From NCBI RefSeq assembly GCF_009914755.1, contig NC_060925.1: 64,000 nt of DNA; one strand, 5' to 3'. The notes under the pieces are model-generated. The model saw only the letters and a program-made list of their open reading frames with translations. It was not told the DNA's origin and made no database searches. The DNA is from the human T2T-CHM13v2.0 reference genome, Homo sapiens. This document shows positions 51,001-62,500 of the stretch, piece by piece. A program made the translations under genes and the position numbers. Positions within the stretch are counted from its first letter, which is position 1. Each line of letters starts with the position of its first letter.

Positions 51001-54000
51001 TTGAAATCTACACTTGCAAATTGCACAAATAGAGTGTTTCAAATCTGCTCTGTCTAAGGGAACGTTCAGCTCTGTGAGTTGAATGCACACAACACAAGGA
51101 AGTTACTGGGAATTCTTCTGTCTAGCCTTACATGAAAAAACCCGTTTCCAACGAAGGCCTCTAAGTGGTCAAAATATACACGTGCAGACTTTACAAACAG
51201 AGTGTTTCCAAACCGCTGAATGAAAAGAAAAGTTAAACTCTGAGAGTTGAACGCACACATCACGCAGCAGTTTCTGAGAATGATTCTGTCTAGTTTTTAT
51301 ACGAAGATATTTCCTTTTCTGCCTTTGGCCCCAAAGCGCTTGAAATCTCCACTTGCAAATTCCACAAAAACAGTGTTTCAAATCTGCTCTCTCTAAATGA
51401 AAGTTCAACTCTGTCAGTTGAATACACACAACACAAGGAAGTTACTGAGAATTCTTCTGTCTAGCATAATATGAAGAAATCCCGTTTCCAACGAAGGCCT
51501 CAAAGGGGTCTCAATATCCACTTGCAGACTTTATAAACAGAGTGTTTACTAACTGCTCTATGAAAAGAAAGGTTAAACTCTGTGAGTTGAACACACACAT
51601 CACAAAGGAGTTTCTGAGAATCATTCTGTCTAGTTTTTCTACGAAGATATTTCCTTTTCTACTATTGACCTGAAAGCGGCTGAAATCTCCACTTGCAAAT
51701 TCCACAAAAAGAGTGTTTCAAGTCTGCTATGTGTAAAGGATCGTTCAACTCTGTGAGTTGAATACACACAACACAAGGAAGTTACTGAGAATTCTTCTGT
51801 CTAGCAGAATATGAAGAAATCCCGTTTCCAACGAAGGCCTCAAAGAGGTCTGAATATCCACTTGCAGACTTTACAAACAGAGTGTTTCCTAACTGCTCTA
51901 TGAAAAGAAAAGTTAAACTCTGTGAGTTGAACGCACACATCACAAAGGAGTTTCTGAGAATCGTTCTGTCTAGTTTCTATAGGAAGATATTTCCTATTCT
52001 ACCATTGACCTCAAAGCGGCTGAAATCTCCACTTGCAAATTCCACAAAAAGAGTGTTTCAAGTCTGCTCTCTGTAAAGGATCGTTCAACTCTGTGAGTTG
52101 AATACACACAACACAAGGAAGTTTCTGAGAAATATTCTGTCTAGCAGAATATGAAGAAATCCCGTTTCCAACGAAGGTCTCAAAGAGGTCTGAATATCCA
52201 CTTGCAGACTTTACAAACAGAGTGTTTCCTAACTGCTCTATGAAAAGAAAGGTTAAACTCTGTGAGTTGAACGCACACATCACAAAGGAGTTTATGAGAA
52301 TCATTCTGTCTAGTTTCTATAAGAAGATACTTCCTATTCTACCATTGACCTGAAAGCGGCTGAAATCTCCACTTGCAAATTCGACAAAAAGAGTGTTTCA
52401 AGCCTGCTCTCTGTAAAGGATCCTTCAACTCTGTGAGTTGAATACACACAACACAAGGAAGTTACTGAGAATTCTTCTGTCTAGCATAATATGAAGAAAT
52501 CCCGTTTCCAACGAAGGCCTCAAAGGGGTCTGAATATCCACTTGCAGACTTTATAAACAGAGTGTTTACTAACTGCTCTATGAAAAGAAAGGTTAAACTC
52601 TGTGAGTTGAACACACACATCACAAAGGAGTTTCTGAGAATCATTCTGTCTAGTTTTTCTACGAAGATATTTCCTTTTCTACTATTGACCTCAAAGCGGC
52701 TGAAATCTCCACTTGCAAATTCCACAAAAAGAGTGTTTCAAGTCTGCTCTGTGTAAAGGATCGTTCAACTCTGTGAGTTGAATACACACAACACAAGGAA
52801 GTTACTGAGAATTATTCTGTCTAGCAGAATATGAAGAAATCCCGTTTCCAACGAAGGCCTCAAAGAGGTCTGAATATCCACTTGCAGACTTTACAAACAG
52901 AGTGTTTCCTAACTGCTCTATGAAAAGAAAGGTTAAACTCTGTGAGTTGAACGCACACATCACAAAGGAGTTTCTGAGAATCGTTCTGTCTAGTTTCTAT
53001 AGGAAGATATTTCCTATTCTACCATTGACCTCAAAGCGGCTGAAATCTCCACTTGCAAATTCCACAAAAAGAATGTTTCAAGTCTGCTCTGTGTAAACGA
53101 TCGTTCAACTCTGTGAGTTGAATACACACAACACAAGGAAGTTACTGAGAATTCTTCTGTCTAGCATAATATGAAGAAATCCCGTTTCCAACGAAGGCCT
53201 CAAAGAGGTCTGAATATCCACTTGCAGACTTTACAAACAGAGTGTTTCCTAACTGCTCTATGAAAAGAAAAGTTAAACTCTGTGATTTGAACGCACACAT
53301 CACAAAGGAGTTTCTGAGAATCATTCTGTCTGGTCTTTATACGAAGATATTTCCTTTTCTACCATTGACCTCAAAGCGGCTGAAATCTCCACTTGCAAAT
53401 TCCACAAAAAGAGTGTTTCAAGTCTGCTCTGTGTAAAGGATCGTTCAACTCTGTGAGTTGAATACACACAACACAAGGAAGTTACTGAGAATTCTTCTGT
53501 CTAGCAGAATATGAAGAAATCCCGTTTCCAACGAAGGCCTCAAGGAGGTCTGAATATCCACTTGCAGACTTTACAAACAGAGTGTTTCCTAACTGCTCTA
53601 TGAACAGAAAGGTTAAACTCTGTGAGTTGAACGCACACATCACAAAGGAGTTTCTGAGAATCATTCTGTCTAGTCTTTATACGAAGATATTTACTTTTCT
53701 ACCATTGACCTCAAAGCGGCTGAAATCTCCACTTGCAAATTCCACAAAAAGAGTGTTTCAAGTCTGCTCTGTGTAAAGGATCATTCAACTCTGTGAGTTG
53801 AATAAACACAACACAAGGAAGTTACTGAGAATTCTTCTGTCTAGCAGAATATGAAGAAATCCCGTTTCCAACGAAGGCCTCAAGGAGGTCTGAATATCCA
53901 CTTGCAGACTTTACAAACAGAGTGTTTCCTAACTGCTCTATGAACAGAAAGGTTAAACTCTGTGAGTTGAACGCACACATCACAAAGGAGTTCATGAGAA

Positions 54001-55169
54001 TCATTTTGTCTAGGTTCTGTAAGAAGATATTTCCTATTCTACCATTGACCTCAAAGCGGCTGAAATCTCCACTTGCAAATTCGACAAAAAGAGTGTTTCA
54101 AGCCTGCTCTCTGTAAAGGATCCTTCAACTCTGTGAGTTGAATACACACAACACAAGGAAGTTACTGAGAATTATTCTGTCTAGCATAATATGAAGAAAT
54201 CCCGTTTCCAACGAAGGCCTCAAAGAGGTCTGAATATCCACTTGCACACTTTACAAACAGAGTGTTTCCTAACTGCTCTATGAGAAGAAAAGTTAAACTC
54301 TGTGAGTTGAACGCACACATCACAAAAGATTTTCTGAGAATCATTCTGTCTAGTCTTTATATGAAGATCGTTTCCTTTTCTACCATTGACCTCTAAGCGG
54401 CTGAAATCTCCACTTGCAAATTCCACAAAAAGAGTGTTTCAAGTCTGCTCTGTGTAAAGGATCGTTCAACTCTGTGAGTTGAATACACACAACACAAGGA
54501 AGTTACTGAGAATTCTTCTGTCTAGCAGAATATGAAGAAATCCCGTTTCCAACGAAGGCCACAAGATGTCAGAATATCCACTTACAGACTTTACAAACAG
54601 AGTGTTTCCTAACTGCTCTATGAACAGAAAGGTTAAACTCTGTGAGTTGAACGAACACATCACAACGCAGTTTGTGGGAATGATTCTGTCTAGTTTTGAA
54701 ACGAAGATATTTCCTTTTCTGCCGTTGACCTTAAAGCGCTTAAAATCTACACTTGCAAATTGCACAAATAGAGTGTTTCAAATCTGCTCTGTCTAAGGGA
54801 ACGTTCAACTCTGTGAGTTGAATGCACACAACACAAGGAAGTTACTGGGAATTCTTCTGTCTAGCCTTACATGAAAAAAACCCGTTTCCAACGAAGGCCT
54901 CTAAGTGGTCAAAATTTCCACGTGCAGACTTTACAAACAGAGTGTTTCCAAACCGCTGAATGAAAAGAAAAGTTAAACTCTGAGAGTTGAACGCACACAT
55001 CACGCAGCAGTTTCTGAGAATGATTCTGTCTAGTTTTTATACGAAGATATTTCCTTTTCTGCCTTTGGCCCCAAAGCGCTTGAAATCTCCACTTGCAAAT
55101 TCCACAAAAACAGTGTTTCAAATCTGCTCTCTCTAAATGAAAGTTCAACTCTGTCAGTTGAATACACAC
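48031..55169 (-). repeat. Expanded HOR variants: a 20-mer (3398 bp) followed by a 22-mer (3740 bp)
   Basis: Anchors at 48031, 51429 and 55169. Each unit contains two D dimers (ggggtct) and an extra dimer marked by gtttctgagaaatattct and aagatacttcc. Confidence 0.88.
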
Positions 55170-58100
55170 AACACAAGGAAGTTACTGAGAATTCTTCTGT
55201 CTAGCATAATATGAAGAAATCCCGTTTCCAACGAAGGCCTCAAAGGGGTCTGAATATCCACTTGCAGACTTTATAAACAGAGTGTTTACTAACTGCTCTA
55301 TGAAAAGAAAGGTTAAACTCTGTGAGTTGAACACACACATCACAAAGGAGTTTCTGAGAATCATTCTGTCTAGTTTTTCTACGAAGATATTTCCTTTTCT
55401 ACTATTGACCTCAAAGCGGCTGAAATCTCCACTTGCAAATTCCACAAAAAGAGTGTTTCAAGTCTGCTCTGTGTAAAGGATCGTTCAACTCTGTGAGTTG
55501 AATACACACAACACAAGGAAGTTACTGAGAATTCTTCTGTCTAGCAGAATATGAAGAAATCCCGTTTCCAACGAAGGCCTCAAAGAGGTCTGAATATCCA
55601 CTTGCAGACTTTACAAACAGAGTGTTTCCTAACTGCTCTATGAAAAGAAAGGTTAAACTCTGTGAGTTGAACGCACACATCACAAAGGAGTTTCTGAGAA
55701 TCGTTCTGTCTAGTTTCTATAGGAAGATATTTCCTATTCTACCATTGACCTCAAAGCGGCTGAAATCTCCACTTGCAAATTCCACAAAAAGAATGTTTCA
55801 AGTCTGCTCTGTGTAAACGATCGTTCAACTCTGTGAGTTGAATACACACAACACAAGGAAGTTACTGAGAATTCTTCTGTCTAGCATAATATGAAGAAAT
55901 CCCGTTTCCAACGAAGGCCTCAAAGAGGTCTGAATATCCACTTGCAGACTTTACAAACAGAGTGTTTCCTAACTGCTCTATGAAAAGAAAAGTTAAACTC
56001 TGTGATTTGAACGCACACATCACAAAGGAGTTTCTGAGAATCATTCTGTCTGGTCTTTATACGAAGATATTTCCTTTTCTACCATTGACCTCAAAGCGGC
56101 TGAAATCTCCACTTGCAAATTCCACAAAAAGAGTGTTTCAAGTCTGCTCTGCGTAAAGGATCGTTCAACTCTGTGAGTTGAATACACACAACACAAGGAA
56201 GTTACTGAGAATTCTTCTGTCTAGCAGAATATGAAGAAATCCCGTTTCCAACGAAGGCCTCAAGGAGGTCTGAATATCCACTTGCAGACTTTACAAACAG
56301 AGTGTTTCCTAACTGCTCTATGAACAGAAAGGTTAAACTCTGTGAGTTGAACGCACACATCACAAAGGAGTTTCTGAGAATCATTCTGTCTAGTCTTTAT
56401 ACGAAGATATTTACTTTTCTACCATTGACCTCAAAGCGGCTGAAATCTCCACTTGCAAATTCCACAAAAAGAGTGTTTCAAGTCTGCTCTGTGTAAAGGA
56501 TCATTCAACTCTGTGAGTTGAATAAACACAACACAAGGAAGTTACTGAGAATTCTTCTGTCTAGCAGAATATGAAGAAATCCCGTTTCCAACGAAGGCCT
56601 CAAGGAGGTCTGAATATCCACTTGCAGACTTTACAAACAGAGTGTTTCCTAACTGCTCTATGAACAGAAAGGTTAAACTCTGTGAGTTGAACGCACACAT
56701 CACAAAGGAGTTCATGAGAATCATTTTGTCTAGGTTCTGTAAGAAGATATTTCCTATTCTACCATTGACCTCAAAGCGGCTGAAATCTCCACTTGCAAAT
56801 TCGACAAAAAGAGTGTTTCAAGCCTGCTCTCTGTAAAGGATCCTTCAACTCTGTGAGTTGAATACACACAACACAAGGAAGTTACTGAGAATTCTTCTGT
56901 CTAGCATAATATGAAGAAATCCCGTTTCCAACGAAGGCCTCAAAGAGGTCTGAATATCCACTTGCACACTTTACAAACAGAGTGTTTCCTAACTGCTCTA
57001 TGAGAAGAAAAGTTAAACTCTGTGAGTTGAACGCACACATCACAAAAGATTTTCTGAGAATCATTCTGTCTAGTCTTTATATGAAGATAGTTTCCTTTTC
57101 TACCATTGACCTCTAAGCGGCTGAAATCTCCACTTGCAAATTCCACAAAAAGAGTGTTTCAAGTCTGCTCTGTGTAAAGGATCGTTCAACTCTGTGAGTT
57201 GAATACACACAACACAAGGAAGTTACTGAGAATTCTTCTGTCTAGCAGAATATGAAGAAATCCCGTTTCCAACGAAGGCCACAAGATGTCAGAATATCCA
57301 CTTACAGACTTTACAAACAGAGTGTTTCCTAACTGCTCTATGAACAGAAAGGTTAAACTCTGTGAGTTGAACGAACACATCACAACGCAGTTTGTGGGAA
57401 TGATTCTGTCTAGTTTTGAAACGAAGATATTTCCTTTTCTGCCGTTGACCTTAAAGCGCTTGAAATCTACACTTGCAAATTGCACAAATAGAGTGTTTCA
57501 AATCTGCTCTGTCTAAGGGAACGTTCAACTCTGTGAGTTGAATGCACACAACACAAGGAAGTTACTGGGAATTCTTCTGTCTAGCCTTACATGAAAAAAA
57601 CCCGTTTCCAACGAAGGCCTCTAAGTGGTCAAAATTTCCACGTGCAGACTTTACAAACAGAGTGTTTCCAAACCGCTGAATGAAAAGAAAAGTTAAACTC
57701 TGAGAGTTGAACGCACACATCACGCCGCAGTTTCTGAGAATGATTCTGTCTAGTTTTTATACGAAGATATTTCCTTTTCTGCCTTTGGCCCCAAAGCGCT
57801 TGAAATCTCCACTTGCAAATTCCACAAAAACAGTGTTTCAAATCTGCTCTCTCTAAATGAAAGTTCAACTCTGTCAGTTGAATACACACAACACAAGGAA
57901 GTTACTGAGAATTCTTCTGTCTAGCATAATATGAAGAAATCCCGTTTCCAACGAAGGCCTCAAAGGGGTCTGAATATCCACTTGCAGACTTTATAAACAG
58001 AGTGTTTACTAACTGCTCTATGAAAAGAAAGGTTAAACTCTGTGAGTTGAACACACACATCACAAAGGAGTTTCTGAGAATCATTCTGTCTAGTTTTTCT

Positions 58101-59557
58101 ACGAAGATATTTCCTTTTCTACTATTGACCTCAAAGCGGCTGAAATCTCCACTTGCAAATTCCACAAAAAGAGTGTTTCAAGTCTGCTCTGTGTAAAGGA
58201 TCGTTCAACTCTGTGAGTTGAATACACACAACACAAGGAAGTTACTGAGAATTATTCTGTCTAGCAGAATATGAAGAAATCCCGTTTCCAACGAAGGCCT
58301 CAAAGAGGTCTGAATATCCACTTGCAGACTTTACAAACAGAGTGTTTCCTAACTGCTCTATGAAAAGAAAGGTTAAACTCTGTGAGTTGAACGCACACAT
58401 CACAAAGGAGTTTCTGAGAATCGTTCTGTCTAGTTTCTATAGGAAGATATTTCCTATTCTACCATTGACCTCAAAGCGGCTGAAATCTCCACTTGCAAAT
58501 TCCACAAAAAGAATGTTTCAAGTCTGCTCTGTGTAAACGATCGTTCAACTCTGTGAGTTGAATACACACAACACAAGGAAGTTACTGAGAATTCTTCTGT
58601 CTAGCATAATATGAAGAAATCCCGTTTCCAACGAAGGCCTCAAAGAGGTCTGAATATCCACTTGCAGACTTTACAAACAGAGTGTTTCCTAACTGCTCTA
58701 TGAAAAGAAAAGTTAAACTCTGTGATTTGAACGCACACATCACAAAGGAGTTTCTGAGAATCATTCTGTCTGGTCTTTATACGAAGATATTTCCTTTTCT
58801 ACCATTGACCTCAAAGCGGCTGAAATCTCCACTTGCAAATTCCACAAAAAGAGTGTTTCAAGTCTGCTCTGTGTAAAGGATCGTTCAACTCTGTGAGTTG
58901 AATACACACAACACAAGGAAGTTACTGAGAATTCTTCTGTCTAGCAGAATATGAAGAAATCCCGTTTCCAACGAAGGCCTCAAGGAGGTCTGAATATCCA
59001 CTTGCAGACTTTACAAACAGAGTGTTTCCTAACTGCTCTATGAACAGAAAGGTTAAACTCTGTGAGTTGAACGCACACATCACAAAGGAGTTTCTGAGAA
59101 TCATTCTGTCTAGTCTTTATACGAAGATATTTACTTTTCTACCATTGACCTCAAAGCGGCTGAAATCTCCACTTGCAAATTCCACAAAAAGAGTGTTTCA
59201 AGTCTGCTCTGTGTAAAGGATCATTCAACTCTGTGAGTTGAATAAACACAACACAAGGAAGTTACTGAGAATTCTTCTGTCTAGCAGAATATGAAGAAAT
59301 CCCGTTTCCAACGAAGGCCTCAAGGAGGTCTGAATATCCACTTGCAGACTTTACAAACAGAGTGTTTCCTAACTGCTCTATGAACAGAAAGGTTAAACTC
59401 TGTGAGTTGAACGCACACATCACAAAGGAGTTCATGAGAATCATTTTGTCTAGGTTCTGTAAGAAGATATTTCCTATTCTACCATTGACCTCAAAGCGGC
59501 TGAAATCTCCACTTGCAAATTCGACAAAAAGAGTGTTTCAAGCCTGCTCTCTGTAAA
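54118..59557 (-). repeat. Two further canonical 2720 bp 16-mer HOR copies
   Basis: GGATCC at 54118, 56838 and 59558, with the same A-H dimer order. C-dimer ORF anchors end at 55169, 57889 and 60609. Confidence 0.92.
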
Positions 59558-62500
59558 GGATCCTTCAACTCTGTGAGTTGAATACACACAACACTAGGAA
59601 GTTACTGAGAATTATTCTGTCTAGCATAATATGAAGAAATCCCGTTTCCAACGAAGGCCTCAAAGAGGTCTGAATATCCACTTGCACACTTTACAAACAG
59701 AGTGTTTCCTAACTGCTCTATGAGAAGAAAAGTTAAACTCTGTGAGTTGAACGCACACATCACAAAAGATTTTCTGAGAATCATTCTGTCTAGTCTTTAT
59801 ATGAAGATAGTTTCCTTTTCTACCATTGACCTCTAAGCGGCTGAAATCTCCACTTGCAAATTCCACAAAAAGAGTGTTTCAAGTCTGCTCTGTGTAAAGG
59901 ATCGTTCAACTCTGTGAGTTGAATACACACAACACAAGGAAGTTACTGAGAATTCTTCTGTCTAGCAGAATATGAAGAAATCCCGTTTCCAACGAAGGCC
60001 ACAAGATGTCAGAATATCCACTTACAGACTTTACAAACAGAGTGTTTCCTAACTGCTCTATGAACAGAAAGGTTAAACTCTGTGAGTTGAACGAACACAT
60101 CACAACGCAGTTTGTGGGAATGATTCTGTCTAGTTTTGAAACGAAGATATTTCCTTTTCTGCCGTTGACCTTAAAGAGCTTGAAATCTACACTTGCAAAT
60201 TGCACAAATAGAGTGTTTCAAATCTGCTCTGTCTAAGGGAACGTTCAACTCTGTGAGTTGAATGCACACAACACAAGGAAGTTACTGGGAATTCTTCTGT
60301 CTAGCCTTACATGAAAAAAACCCGTTTCCAACGAAGGCCTCTAAGTGGTCAAAATTTCCACGTGCAGACTTTACAAACAGAGTGTTTCCAAACCGCTGAA
60401 TGAAAAGAAAAGTTAAACTCTGAGAGTTGAACGCACACATCACGCAGCAGTTTCTGAGAATGATTCTGTCTAGTTTTTATACGAAGATATTTCCTTTTCT
60501 GCCTTTGGCCCCAAAGCGCTTGAAATCTCCACTTGCAAATTCCACAAAAACAGTGTTTCAAATCTGCTCTCTCTAAATGAAAGTTCAACTCTGTCAGTTG
60601 AATACACACAACACAAGGAAGTTACTGAGAATTCTTCTGTCTAGCATAATATGAAGAAATCCCGTTTCCAACGAAGGCCTCAAAGGGGTCTGAATATCCA
60701 CTTGCAGACTTTATAAACAGAGTGTTTACTAACTGCTCTATGAAAAGAAAGGTTAAACTCTGTGAGTTGAACACACACATCACAAAGGAGTTTCTGAGAA
60801 TCATTCTGTCTAGTTTTTCTACGAAGATATTTCCTTTTCTACTATTGACCTCAAAGCGGCTGAAATCTCCACTTGCAAATTCGACAAAAAGAGTGTTTCA
60901 AGCCTGCTCTCTGTAAAGGATCCTTCAACTCTGTGAGTTGAATACACACAACACAAGGAAGTTACTGAGAATTATTCTGTCTAGCATAATATGAAGAAAT
61001 CCCGTTTCCAACGAAGGCCTCAAAGAGGTCTGAATATCCACTTGCAGACTTTACAAACAGAGTGTTTCCTAACTGCTCTATGAACAGAAAGGTTAAACTC
61101 TGTGAGTTGAACGCACACATCACAAAGGAGTTTATGAGAATCATTCTGTCTAGTTTCTATAGGAAGATATTTCCTATTCTACCATTGACCTCAAAGCGGC
61201 TGAAATCTCCACTTGCAAATTCCACAAAAAGAGTGTTTCAAGTCTGCTCTCTGTAAAGGATCGTTCAACTCTGTGAGTTGAATACACACAACACAAGGAA
61301 GTTTCTGAGAAATATTCTGTCTAGCAGAATATGAAGAAATCCCGTTTCCAACGAAGGTCTCAAAGAGGTCTGAATATCCACTTGCAGACTTTACAAACAG
61401 AGTGTTTCCTAACTGCTCTATGAAAAGAAAGGTTAAACTCTGTGAGTTGAACGCACACATCACAAAGGAGTTTATGAGAATCATTCTGTCTAGTTTCTAT
61501 AAGAAGATACTTCCTATTCTACCATTGACCTGAAAGCGGCTGAAATCTCCACTTGCAAATTCGACAAAAAGAGTGTTTCAAGCCTGCTCTCTGTAAAGGA
61601 TCCTTCAACTCTGTGAGTTGAATACACACAACACAAGGAAGTTACTGAGAATTATTCTGTCTAGCATAATATGAAGAAATCCCGTTTCCAACGAAGGCCT
61701 CAAAGAGGTCTGAATATCCACTTGCAGACTTTACAAACAGAGTGTTTCCTAACTGCTCTATGAGAAGAAAAGTTAAACTCTGTGAGTTGAACGCACACAT
61801 CACAAAAGATTTTCTGAGAATCATTCTGTCTAGTCTTTATATGAAGATAGTTTCCTTTTCTACCATTGACCTCAAAGCGGCTGAAATCTCCACTTGCAAA
61901 TTCCACAAAAAGAGTGTTTCAAGTCTGCTCTGTGTAAAGGATCGTTCAACTCTGTGAGTTGAATACACACAACACAAGGAAGTTACTGAGAATTCTTCTG
62001 TCTAGCAGAATAGGAAGAAATCCCGTTTCCAACGAAGGCCACAAGATGTCAGAATATCCACTTACAGACTTTACAAACAGAGTGTTTCCTAACTGCTCTA
62101 TGAACAGAAAGGTTAAACTCTGTGAGTTGAACGAACACATCACAACGCAGTTTGTGGGAATGATTCTGTCTAGTTTTGAAACGAAGATATTTCCTTTTCT
62201 GCCGTTGACCTTAAAGCGCTTGAAATCTACACTTGCAAATTGCACAAATAGAGTGTTTCAAATCTGCTCTGTCTAAGGGAACGTTCAGCTCTGTGAGTTG
62301 AATGCACACAACACAAGGAAGTTACTGGGAATTCTTCTGTCTAGCCTTACATGAAAAAACCCGTTTCCAACGAAGGCCTCTAAGTGGTCAAAATATACAC
62401 GTGCAGACTTTACAAACAGAGTGTTTCCAAACCGCTGAATGAAAAGAAAAGTTAAACTCTGAGAGTTGAACGCACACATCACGCAGCAGTTTCTGAGAAT

